Assembly (NCBI GenBank): GCA_964651155.1
Contig: CAZYXB010000007.1
Location: 40,273-104,272 of the forward strand
Direction of reading: 5' to 3'
Length of the DNA stretch: 64,000 bases
Source: an uncultured Acidobacteriota bacterium
GTDB taxonomy: Bacteria > Acidobacteriota > UBA6911
Under the pieces are notes generated by a model. The model made no database searches. It saw only the letters and a program-made list of their open reading frames with translations, and was not told the origin of the DNA. The position numbers and the translations under genes were made by a program. Positions 1 through 8,851 of the stretch are shown here, in pieces. Numbering within the stretch: position 1 is the first letter of the stretch; each line of letters starts with the position of its first letter.

Positions 1-48
1 ATGCGTGCGGCTCTCGAGCAGAACCTCTATGCCCGGTCGGACTCTCAT
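1..48 (-). CDS. 5' end of a gene running off the left edge; N-terminus MRVRPGIEVLLESRTH resembles DUF1343/NamZ-like proteins
   Basis: ATG at 48 on the minus strand, 16 open codons to the edge; resemblance to the V(K/R)xGI(D/E)VL start of DUF1343 proteins is recalled from only 16 residues. Confidence 0.3.
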   Translation of the reverse strand, partial: MRVRPGIEVLLESRTH

Positions 49-212
49 GCGCAGTACCCAGTGACAGATTGCCTACGACGTGCTCCCGGGGGTGTAATCC
101 GCCGGGGCCTCAACCCCTGCCCTGCTCGGATCACTTCCGGATGGGCGAACATCCTGATTCTCGATACCCATCGGCATGATTTAATACCATGCACGCTTTC
201 CTTTCAACATGC

Positions 213-241
213 TTGACAAGGAACCGTCCTTATATTTGAAT
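213..241 (+). promoter_or_regulatory. possible sigma70 promoter for the HNH gene
   Basis: TTGACA at 213-218, 17-nt spacer, weak -10 TTGAAT at 236-241. Confidence 0.35.
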
Positions 242-364
242 GTCGGCGAGTCCCGCTTGCGGGATATACGCCGTCCGGGCTGATGCACAGATGCCGATAA
301 CCCGAGCCACATCCAGTCCTAGACCAACCCGGCAGAATGCAGTGCCTTCGATTCGCGGGTCCCT

Positions 365-901
365 ATGGAACATACGCTTGTATTGAATGCATCCTACGAA
401 CCGATCAACATCGTCTCCTGGCGAAGAGCCCTAAATCTTCTCTGCTGCGGCAAAGTGGAGGTTCTGGCCGAATACGACCGTGAAATACGGAGCATTAGCT
501 TCACCGTCAAACTGCCCTGCGTCATGAGACTTTTAAAGTATGTGCACATCCGCAGGAGATCCCATCGCGTGAAATTTTCCCGGGCCAACATTTATGCACG
601 CGACCGGCATACCTGCCAATACTGCGGCAAGAAGTGCAGCCCGGAAGACCTGACCTTCGACCATGTCATACCCAACGTCATGGGAGGCACGAAATCCTGG
701 GAAAATATCGTTACCTGCTGTGTGAACTGTAATTGCCGTAAAGGAGGCCGAACGCCCGAAAAGGCGGGCATGACGCTGATCCGGCAGCCGAAAGAACCCG
801 AAGAAATCGCATCGATATTGCACGTAACGATCGGACTTCGGAATGCGCCGGAGGTCTGGCGCGACTTCCCGTACTGGAACCTTGAACTGGAAAGCGGGTA
901 A
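365..901 (+). CDS. HNH endonuclease (McrA/COG1403-like, stand-alone)
   Basis: LVLNASYEPI N-terminus; RD..TCQYCG, TFDHVIP..GG..SWENIVTCC..CN..KG HNH and Zn-finger motifs. Confidence 0.9.
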   Translation: MEHTLVLNASYEPINIVSWRRALNLLCCGKVEVLAEYDREIRSISFTVKLPCVMRLLKYVHIRRRSHRVKFSRANIYARDRHTCQYCGKKCSPEDLTFDHVIPNVMGGTKSWENIVTCCVNCNCRKGGRTPEKAGMTLIRQPKEPEEIASILHVTIGLRNAPEVWRDFPYWNLELESG

Positions 902-1312
902 TCCGACCCGGCAGTGCCCGTCGAAGCCGTTCCTTCTTGGGGTCCCCTGCCCTGTTGCCGGGAGCCTGCACCCGCGCTGACTGAATGTACGCCGGCACCG
1001 GACCGGCAAACACCGCAGAGAATTTCACGTTCCCCTGCGGGGCAGCCTCCGGGGGAGGATTCGGCAAGCGAGAGGTTCATTGGACGAACCACCGGGCCGG
1101 TACTTGCCCTCAAGGACCTCCGCTGCCGGATCCTGTCCTTGAATGCATGGCCACTGCAGGTACGTTCCGGGATTTGCGCTGTTTCGGTTCGGATCGCCCA
1201 GGTGTATGGATGACTTGATTCGGTGCTGGTCCAGGGACACCAGCGGTCTTTCATGGGAGCGGGCAAAAGGGTGTGCCCGCCGGGAATTTCAATGCATGGT
1301 TGTGTTTTTTCC

Positions 1313-1340
1313 TTGGATTTTTCGCCAAGCTTGGTATATT
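1313..1340 (+). promoter_or_regulatory. putative topA promoter (extended -10)
   Basis: TTGGAT 1313-1318, 16-nt spacer, TG-n-TATATT 1332-1340, 10 nt before the ATG. Confidence 0.45.
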
Positions 1341-1350
1341 GCGCGCTTCT

Positions 1351-3762
1351 ATGACTAAGTCACTTGTTGTCGTCGAATCTCCTGCCAAGGCCAAAACAAT
1401 CGGCAAATATCTTGGCAAAAATTTCATTGTCAAAGCCTCCGTAGGCCACATTAAGGATCTGCCCAAAAGCAAACTGGGCGTGGATGTGGACGGGGATTTC
1501 ACGCCGCAGTATGCGATAATCCCGGGAAAATCCAAAGTTGTCAAAGAGTTGCGGTCTGCAGCCAAAGGGATCAAGAATATCTACCTCGCCGCCGATCCCG
1601 ACCGGGAGGGAGAAGCTATATGCCAGCACCTGTATGAGGAGCTGTTGGGCAAAGATCGGACCATCTACCGGGTTCTGTTTCACGAAATCACCCCAAACGC
1701 CATTGAGGAAGCCTTCAAAAATCCCGGCCACATCAACCAGAACAAAGTCGATGCGCAATTGACACGACGGGTGCTGGATCGTCTTGTCGGGTATCAAATC
1801 AGCCCGCTGCTGTGGGACAAAGTCCGCAGGGGGCTTTCCGCCGGCAGGGTGCAAACCGTTGCGCTGCGGCTGATCGTGGAACGTGAACGGGAAATTCGTG
1901 CATTCGAATCGGAAGAATACTGGACCCTCTCGGCCAGGCTGGCAGGCAAAACACCTCCGGAATTTACAGCGAAAGCGCGGCAGATAGACGGCAAAAAATG
2001 GGACGTCTCCGATGGAGGCAGTGTCCAAAACATTGTCGACGGCCTTCGCCATGTGCCCTTTGTAGTTCAGAACGTGCATCGCAGGGAAAAGAAAAAATAT
2101 CCGGTTCCCCCGTTCATCACCAGCAAACTGCAGCAGGACGCCGCCCGCAGGTTCAATTTTTCGGTTAAAAAAACCATGCTCCTGGCCCAGAGGCTCTATG
2201 AAGGGATCGAAGTCGGCCGGGAAGGTTCGGTCGGCCTCATCACCTACATGCGCACGGACTCCAGTCGCGTGTCCGAAAGTGCGCTGCAGGAGGTCCGTAC
2301 GCTGATTGCCCGGGATTTCGGGCGGGATTACCTCCCGAATCATCCCATCTACTACAAATCCAAAAAGACCGCTCAGGAAGCGCACGAGGCCATCCGCCCC
2401 ACATCGGTGGAAAGAATCCCGGAAAGTCTTAAAAAAGACCTCGAACCGGAACTTTGGAAGCTATACTCCTTGATATGGAATCGTTTCGTCGCTTCGCAGA
2501 TGAACCCCGCTCTGTTCGATCAGACCGACGTCACAATCGAAGCTGGGGATGTCGAGTTCAAGGCCATCGGATCCATTGAAAAATTCAAGGGCTTCCTTGC
2601 CGTCTATCAGGAGACCAGACCGGATGACGGGACCGATCCCCGGAGCATTGAGGCCGATGCCATTCTTCCCGAACTGGCCGTCGGAGAGATCCTTGACGTA
2701 AAGGAGCTCGTACCCGCGCAGCACTTCACCCAGCCGCCTTCCCGCTACAATGAAGCGAGTCTGGTGAAGGCACTTGAATCAAAAGGGATCGGACGCCCCA
2801 GCACCTATGCCTCCATTTTGGGCACCATACAGGACCGTCAATACGTGGAAAAGCAATCGGGGAAATTCTATCCTTCCGAAACCGGGGAAATCGTCCTGGA
2901 GCTTCTTGTTTCGAGTTTTCAGGAACTTTTCGACTACGAGTACACCGCACGCATGGAGGTCAGCCTTGACCGTATAGAATCGGGACGGGAGTCCTGGAAG
3001 GAGGCGATGCGCGAATTCTATGACCGTTTTTCGAAAAAACTGATCCTCGCCCAAGATGAGATGAGGAACATCAAGACCGAATCCCTCGAAACGGATGAGA
3101 TCTGCGACAAGTGCGGCAAGAAAATGGTCATCAAGTGGGGGAAATTCGGCCGTTTTATGGCCTGTTCCGGCTATCCCGAATGTCGCAATACGAAGGAAAT
3201 AGCCAAGAACGGAACGACCGAGGAACCCGAAAATGGGAAAGCCGAAGTGATCGAATGCGACAAGTGCGGCAAGCCCATGATACTGAAACGTGGACGTTAC
3301 GGGGAGTTCATGGCCTGCTCCGGGTATCCGGAATGCCGCAACACGAAAAAGATCGTCAAATCCGCCCAGGAATCGGTCGTAAAACAGGACATCCCGCTCG
3401 ACGAAAAATGCCCGGTCTGCGGGAAGAACCTCGCCCTCAAGCATGGCCGTTTCGGCGAATTCACCGCATGCAGCGATTACCCGACCTGCAAATACATCAA
3501 ATTGAAATCAACGGGAGTCGGTTGCCCCAAGGAAGGATGCGGAGGAGAGATTGTAGAGAGGAAATCCCGCAGAGGCAAGACCTTCTACGGGTGCTCCAAT
3601 TATCCCGAATGCGATTTTGTGCTCTGGAACAAACCGGTTCCAGAACCATGCCCCAAGTGCAATGCGAAATACACCATCATCAAAACGACGAAACGTTCCG
3701 GCACAATTCGCTACTGCGACAGCGGCGAATGTGATTTCAAGGAATCTTCGGATCAGCCTTAA
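1351..3762 (+). CDS. topA: type IA DNA topoisomerase I with five C-terminal C4 Zn ribbons
   Basis: Toprim VVVESPAKAKTI, AADPDREGEAI; LSAGRVQT; LITYMRTDS (catalytic Tyr); AQEAHEAIRPT; GIGRPSTYA; repeated CxxC...CSxYPxC. Confidence 0.97.
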   Translation: MTKSLVVVESPAKAKTIGKYLGKNFIVKASVGHIKDLPKSKLGVDVDGDFTPQYAIIPGKSKVVKELRSAAKGIKNIYLAADPDREGEAICQHLYEELLGKDRTIYRVLFHEITPNAIEEAFKNPGHINQNKVDAQLTRRVLDRLVGYQISPLLWDKVRRGLSAGRVQTVALRLIVEREREIRAFESEEYWTLSARLAGKTPPEFTAKARQIDGKKWDVSDGGSVQNIVDGLRHVPFVVQNVHRREKKKYPVPPFITSKLQQDAARRFNFSVKKTMLLAQRLYEGIEVGREGSVGLITYMRTDSSRVSESALQEVRTLIARDFGRDYLPNHPIYYKSKKTAQEAHEAIRPTSVERIPESLKKDLEPELWKLYSLIWNRFVASQMNPALFDQTDVTIEAGDVEFKAIGSIEKFKGFLAVYQETRPDDGTDPRSIEADAILPELAVGEILDVKELVPAQHFTQPPSRYNEASLVKALESKGIGRPSTYASILGTIQDRQYVEKQSGKFYPSETGEIVLELLVSSFQELFDYEYTARMEVSLDRIESGRESWKEAMREFYDRFSKKLILAQDEMRNIKTESLETDEICDKCGKKMVIKWGKFGRFMACSGYPECRNTKEIAKNGTTEEPENGKAEVIECDKCGKPMILKRGRYGEFMACSGYPECRNTKKIVKSAQESVVKQDIPLDEKCPVCGKNLALKHGRFGEFTACSDYPTCKYIKLKSTGVGCPKEGCGGEIVERKSRRGKTFYGCSNYPECDFVLWNKPVPEPCPKCNAKYTIIKTTKRSGTIRYCDSGECDFKESSDQP

Positions 3763-4032
3763 CCAACCCGCCAACCCGAACAGGGGGAACGCGTAATCAC
3801 GCCCCGCCGTGAGCGTTACTGGCAGTGGCGCGGCATGTTCCCCGGCAACACGATCCGCAAAACGTTGTTTCCAGATCCGTAGACACCCGTCGGCGCAAAC
3901 GCTACTTCATCCTAGCGGGCGCAACGCCCGCGCCTGAATGCATTATCAATGAATTGCAGCCGATTCCGCTCTATGGTAGTATCATTTTCTTTTGTGCGAA
4001 TTTCTGTTCTTCCACCTGAAAGGAGCTCCTTT

Positions 4033-6126
4033 ATGAGGGTTTTCGAGAGTGAATCCATCCGGAATGTCTGTCTTATTGGTCACGGAGCTGCAGGGAAAAC
4101 CTCATTGACATCCGCTATGTTGTTCGACTCCGGGGCCGTGAATCGGCTGGCCAGGGTGGAAGACGGGAACACCGTTACGGACTGGGAAGACGAAGAGATA
4201 GAACGTAAAATAAGCATCAGCTGTTCCCTGGCGCATTGCGAATGGGGCAAGAAAAAAATCAACATCCTCGATACCCCAGGATACCGGCCCTTTTTAGCGG
4301 AAACGCAGCTTGCGCTTCGCGCCACCGATGCGGCTGTAGTGATCGTCGATGCCGTTGCAGGCGTAGAAGTTCAAACGGAAAAAGTCTGGGAGATCAGCGA
4401 CGAGTACAACCTACCCCGCATCATCGTAGTCAATAAACTCGATAGGGACAATGCCAGCAGCGAACGCGCCCTGGCTTCCCTCGAGGAGGCATTCGGCCGC
4501 GGGACGATCCCTGTGCAAATCCCCCTGGGGATTGAAAAAGATTTTAAAGGCATCATTAGCATTCTGGATGAAAAAGCCTATCGATACGAGACAGACGGAT
4601 CGGGGAAATTCCAGGAAATCGATGTCCCTGCGGAATATCGGGAGGAAATGGCAAGCGCCCGTGAGAAGCTGATCGAACTGGCCGCTGAAGGCAGCGACGA
4701 GCTGATGGAAAAGTTCTTCGCCGACGGGACGCTCAACCGTGAAGATCTCATAGCCGGCTTGAAGTCCGGCATCAAACAGCGCAACATTTATCCCATTTTC
4801 TATGCCAGCGCCAGTTTGAATATCGGCATTCAGCAGGTTCTGGACGCCATAACGGACCTGCTTCCTTCTCCTGCCGAAGTGGGCACAACCGAAGGGATTG
4901 ATCCCAAGACGAAGGAACGGGTCGAACGGGCGATTTCAAGCTCGGAACCCTACGCTGCCTACGTTTTCAAAACCATCGCGGACCCTTTTGCAGGCAGGAT
5001 CAGCCTTGTCAAGCTCTACTGCGGCACCATGCGTTCCGACACCGCCTACAACAACCAGTCCACGGGGAAAAGTGAAAAATTCAGTTCGCTCCAGATCCCG
5101 CAGGGGAAGACAATGATTCCCGTCGGCGAGGTACATGCGGGTGATTTTTTTGCCGTCACCAAGCTGAAGGAAACCACGACCGGGAACACTTTCTGCGACC
5201 CCTCGAAACCCATCCTGTTCAAGAGCGTCGAGATCCCCGAGCCCTCGATCACCTTTGCGATAGAGCCGAAGAGCCGCGGGGACGAGGACAAGATCAGCAA
5301 CGCCCTGACGCGCATCCTCGAGGAGGATTCCGCGATCAAATATACCCGCGATCCCCAGACCAAGCAGCTTTTGCTGTCCGGGAACGGGCAGCTCCACGTC
5401 GAAATCACGGTTTCAAAATTGTTGAAGCGCTATGGTGTGGAAGTGATTCTGAAGACGCCCAAAATCCCCTACCGTGAGACCATCCGGGGCAAGGCGGACG
5501 TCCAGGGACGGCACAAGAAGCAGACAGGCGGACACGGGCAGTTCGGAGACTGCCGAATACGGATGGAACCGCTACCCCGAGGCGGACATTTCGAATTTGC
5601 GGACGAGATCTTCGGGGGATCCGTCCCCAGGAATTACATTCCCGCAATCGAAAAAGGGATCGTCGAATCTGCAGCCAGAGGATTTTTAGCCGGCTATCCC
5701 GTCGTTGATTTCAAGGTGACGCTCTATGACGGGAGTTTCCATCCTGTGGATTCTTCAGAAATGGCCTTCAAGATTGCCGGAAGCCTCGCGTTCAAGAAGG
5801 CGATGGAGCAGGCGAATCCCGTTCTGCTCGAACCCATCATGAACGTTGAAATCTTCGCTCCCCAGGAATATGCGGGGGCGCTGACCGGGGATCTTACCAG
5901 CCGGAGGGGGCGCCTACAGGGGATGGACATGAAGCATGACATCCAGATCATCAAAGCCCAGGTTCCGATGTCCGAAATGGTCTCCTACGCTCCGGTGCTT
6001 ACATCCGTGACAGGGGGCCGGGGCAGCTATCACATGGAATTCTCCCATTACGACGAAGTGCCGGCACACATAGCCCAGAAGATTGTCGAAGAAGCGCAGA
6101 AAGACCGTACCGAGGAGGAAGAATAA
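4033..6126 (+). CDS. fusA: elongation factor G-like protein (EF-G II type)
   Basis: GHGAAGKT P-loop, DTPGY, NKLD, HKKQTGGHGQFG, DGSFHPVDSSEMAFKIA, LLEPIMNVEI; AGGAG RBS upstream. Confidence 0.93.
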   Translation: MRVFESESIRNVCLIGHGAAGKTSLTSAMLFDSGAVNRLARVEDGNTVTDWEDEEIERKISISCSLAHCEWGKKKINILDTPGYRPFLAETQLALRATDAAVVIVDAVAGVEVQTEKVWEISDEYNLPRIIVVNKLDRDNASSERALASLEEAFGRGTIPVQIPLGIEKDFKGIISILDEKAYRYETDGSGKFQEIDVPAEYREEMASAREKLIELAAEGSDELMEKFFADGTLNREDLIAGLKSGIKQRNIYPIFYASASLNIGIQQVLDAITDLLPSPAEVGTTEGIDPKTKERVERAISSSEPYAAYVFKTIADPFAGRISLVKLYCGTMRSDTAYNNQSTGKSEKFSSLQIPQGKTMIPVGEVHAGDFFAVTKLKETTTGNTFCDPSKPILFKSVEIPEPSITFAIEPKSRGDEDKISNALTRILEEDSAIKYTRDPQTKQLLLSGNGQLHVEITVSKLLKRYGVEVILKTPKIPYRETIRGKADVQGRHKKQTGGHGQFGDCRIRMEPLPRGGHFEFADEIFGGSVPRNYIPAIEKGIVESAARGFLAGYPVVDFKVTLYDGSFHPVDSSEMAFKIAGSLAFKKAMEQANPVLLEPIMNVEIFAPQEYAGALTGDLTSRRGRLQGMDMKHDIQIIKAQVPMSEMVSYAPVLTSVTGGRGSYHMEFSHYDEVPAHIAQKIVEEAQKDRTEEEE

Positions 6127-6162
6127 TTCCCCCGCCCCAAAGGCGTTGAAGAGTCTAATGGC

Positions 6163-7098
6163 ATGGTGGAGATCTGGACCGTACCTCCGGAGGAGACGCG
6201 TATCCGTCTTGATCAGTTTCTGACCGACAAGAAACTTGGAGAAAGCCGATCCCAAATCCAGAACTGGATTCGCAAAGGGTACCTTCTGGTCAACGGTGCA
6301 ACGGTCAAAACCGGGTATCTGACAAGGGCGGGCGACCGTGTCACGCTATACGTTCCACCGGCACCGGACGATGCGCCTCATCCCGAGGCGATACCTCTGG
6401 ACATCCTGTACGAAGATTGCGACATCGCCGTGATCAACAAACCCGCCGGCATGGTATGCCATCTGGGAGCGGGGATTCACTCCGGGACGCTGGTCAATGC
6501 CCTGCTCCATCACATGGGTCCCCTGGAAGCCGGGGATCCCATAAGGCCGGGTATTGTCCACAGGCTGGACAAGAGTACGAGCGGCGTCATGGTAGTCGCT
6601 AAAAACGTCCACGCCCACAGGATCCTGTCCCAGCAGTTCAAAGACAGGTTGGTGCGCAAAGAATACCTGGCCCTGGTGTATGGGCATCCCAGTCTTGATT
6701 GCGGCACGATCAACACACCCATTGGCCGGGATCCCCGCAACCGGAAAAAGATATCCACGCGGGCAAAAAAAAGCCGTTCCGCCGTCACTCATTATGTGGT
6801 TGAACGACGTTATACGCCGTTTTCCCTGCTGCGTATCCGCATTGAAACTGGAAGAACGCACCAGATCCGTGTACATCTCGCCTATGAAGGACACCCCATC
6901 GTTGGGGACACCCTCTATGGGCCGCTAAAGCGTATGGATGTTTCGTCCCGAATACAGTCCGCCCTGAAGGATCTCGGGAGACCGTTCCTGCATTCGCATC
7001 AACTGACCTTTCACCACCCTGTGACAGGAAAATGCATGCGACTGGAGGCGGAACTCCCTGTGGAGCTCCTTCGTTTTCTGTCCCGGATTTCCGAATAG
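6163..7098 (+). CDS. rluD: RluA/RluD-family 23S rRNA pseudouridine synthase with S4 domain
   Basis: RLDQFL S4 start, NKPAGMV, HRLDKSTSG (catalytic Asp), ETGRTHQIRVH, HPIVGDTLYG. Confidence 0.9.
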   Translation: MVEIWTVPPEETRIRLDQFLTDKKLGESRSQIQNWIRKGYLLVNGATVKTGYLTRAGDRVTLYVPPAPDDAPHPEAIPLDILYEDCDIAVINKPAGMVCHLGAGIHSGTLVNALLHHMGPLEAGDPIRPGIVHRLDKSTSGVMVVAKNVHAHRILSQQFKDRLVRKEYLALVYGHPSLDCGTINTPIGRDPRNRKKISTRAKKSRSAVTHYVVERRYTPFSLLRIRIETGRTHQIRVHLAYEGHPIVGDTLYGPLKRMDVSSRIQSALKDLGRPFLHSHQLTFHHPVTGKCMRLEAELPVELLRFLSRISE

Positions 7099-7171
7099 GG
7101 GAAAGGCTCCAGATATTGGGTTCCTTCCACCTCTTTGGCCGGTGCGGCATCGGCTGCAGGGCGGTGGAACC

Positions 7172-7200
7172 TTGACGAATAGACGCCCCAAATTTATAAT
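7172..7200 (+). promoter_or_regulatory. near-consensus sigma70 promoter of the VWA gene
   Basis: TTGACG (7172-7177), 17 nt, TATAAT (7195-7200). Confidence 0.75.
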
Positions 7201-7244
7201 GGCATCGTTGGCGTCTATATCTCTATGAAATTACAGGATATACT

Positions 7245-8228
7245 ATGGCTTTATGCCCGTCCCGTCGCTTCCAGCTGGTAGCAGCTTTGATTTTCATCTT
7301 AATGGCCGATCCCGGAACGTGTCTTTTCCCCGATTCCAGTTCCCAGCCCGCCCAGGCGTCTGTGCAAATTGGCCTTCCGGATAGACTCTCCAGCCAGACC
7401 TACCGGGTGGATGTGAATCTCGTCAATATAATCTGCTCGGTCTTTGACAAGAAAACCAACTCGTTTGTGACCAGCCTCACCCGCGAGGATTTCAAAATTT
7501 ATGAAGACGGCAAGGAACAGGGCATCGAAAATTTTGCGCGTGAAACCGATATACCCCTCACAATCGCCATGCTGATCGACACAAGCCAGAGCGTGAAACC
7601 CAACCTGCAGTTTGAAAAGGAAACGGCTACAAGCTTTTTTCACTCCGTTTTGGGGGAGCAGGACCGGGCGATGGTGGTGGAATTCGATCCCGGAATCAAC
7701 CTGCTTCAGGATTTTACGAATGATCCCAACAAACTGGCGGGTAAAATAGATGCCCTGAAGGCCGGTGGCATCGGCACAAGGCTTTTTGACGCCATATTCC
7801 TCAGCTGCGACGAGAAACTGATCCGCGAGACGGGCAGAAAGGCCATTATCATCCTGTCCGACGGGCAAGACCAGAACAGCATGTACACTGTGGATCAGGC
7901 TTTGGAAATGGCCCTGAGATCCGAGGCAATTATTTTCGCCGTTAACGTGACCACCGGATCGCTGTTCGGGGTTGGCGATAATTCCGTCGGAGAGAAAACA
8001 CTGAAAAGGCTTGTGGAAGAGACCGGTGGGCGCGTTTTTTCCCCCTACCAGGAGGAATTGTTCGAAACCTTCCGGCAGATCAATCAGGAACTGCGCAGTC
8101 AATACAGCATCGGCTACACGTCGACCAATCCCCAAAAGGACGGACGGTACCGAAAGATTGAAATTAAAGTGCTCGGGGGAGATTTCAAGCTGAATTACCG
8201 GAAAGGGTATTATGCGCCAAAAGACTAA
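7245..8228 (+). CDS. exported VWA-domain protein (acidobacterial VWFA-related type)
   Basis: Hydrophobic N-terminus; RVDVNLV..., MIDAS motif DTSQS, T in GT.LFDAI, IILSDGQD, ETGGR, ELRSQYSIGY, YRKGYYAP C-terminus. Confidence 0.85.
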   Translation: MALCPSRRFQLVAALIFILMADPGTCLFPDSSSQPAQASVQIGLPDRLSSQTYRVDVNLVNIICSVFDKKTNSFVTSLTREDFKIYEDGKEQGIENFARETDIPLTIAMLIDTSQSVKPNLQFEKETATSFFHSVLGEQDRAMVVEFDPGINLLQDFTNDPNKLAGKIDALKAGGIGTRLFDAIFLSCDEKLIRETGRKAIIILSDGQDQNSMYTVDQALEMALRSEAIIFAVNVTTGSLFGVGDNSVGEKTLKRLVEETGGRVFSPYQEELFETFRQINQELRSQYSIGYTSTNPQKDGRYRKIEIKVLGGDFKLNYRKGYYAPKD

Positions 8229-8608
8229 AGTAATGATTCAATAATAGGCTGTATGTCCGCATCTTTTCTATTCAATCCCAGATCGCTTTCTTGCCTGATA
8301 GCGACAAGGAGTTTCTCGGGGTCACCGTCGAAAAACCTATTCAACACTTCAGCCACTTGGTTGCGTATTGCCTGCTGTTTCGATAAAAGCGGCCGGTAGA
8401 TAAATGCCCGACCCGATTTTGAGTGCGTCAGGACTCCCTTGGACTCGAGAATCCCCATGATGGTCAGTGTCGTGGTATAGGCGATCTTCTTTCGTGAAGA
8501 CAGTATCGTGTAGACGTTCTTTACCGATGCCGCTCCCATCTCCCATACCACCTTCATAATCTGCAATTCCTGCGGGGTGAGAATGATGCTGTTGAGGTCC
8601 TTGCTCAT
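8225..8608 (-). CDS. BlaI/MecI/CopY-family transcriptional repressor
   Basis: LTPQELQIMKVVWE, AYTTTLTIMGILESKG, GRAFIYRPL, RFFDGDPEKLL; GGAG RBS; 4-nt convergent overlap with the VWA gene. Confidence 0.9.
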   Translation of the reverse strand: MSKDLNSIILTPQELQIMKVVWEMGAASVKNVYTILSSRKKIAYTTTLTIMGILESKGVLTHSKSGRAFIYRPLLSKQQAIRNQVAEVLNRFFDGDPEKLLVAIRQESDLGLNRKDADIQPIIESLL

Positions 8609-8851
8609 GATGTCTCCAGCCTGTGCAACTTTTCAATCGGAAATTGCCGGCGTTCGAGCATATCCACGGTTGATCATCACAAAAATACTACGTTGATAGG
8701 AATTTATTGTTTCCGCTTTCCACGCTCAATTTGTCATGAGCTGTCCTTGATGCGACCCTGCACCCTGTTCTGCGTCTGCCGGGGTATCGCGATGGAAGAA
8801 AAGCTGGAATCACTGTTCATTGAGAGGAACTTATGCGCTAAGATTAGGGGC

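Noticed and set aside
341-360. TTCGATTC resembling a tRNA T-loop (Y RNA or tRNA-like element)
   Set aside because: Flanks do not form the T-stem (no G53-C61 pair) and there is no acceptor stem.
902-1350. RNase P RNA, tmRNA or SRP RNA
   Set aside because: None of their hallmark motifs (GAGGAAAGTCC, tRNA-like ends, GGAAGG..AGCAG) found on either strand.
1360-2385. Long antisense ORFs (also 2779-3444, 11878-13218, 44606-46201, 49619-51163, 55658-57388, 59268-61229)
   Set aside because: They lie opposite well-supported genes and have no motifs; typical shadow ORFs of GC-rich codon usage.
1259-3931. REP family based on GCGGGC..GCCCGC hairpins at 1259 and 3915
   Set aside because: Only 6-7 shared bases with different loops; other intergenic hairpins share no sequence.
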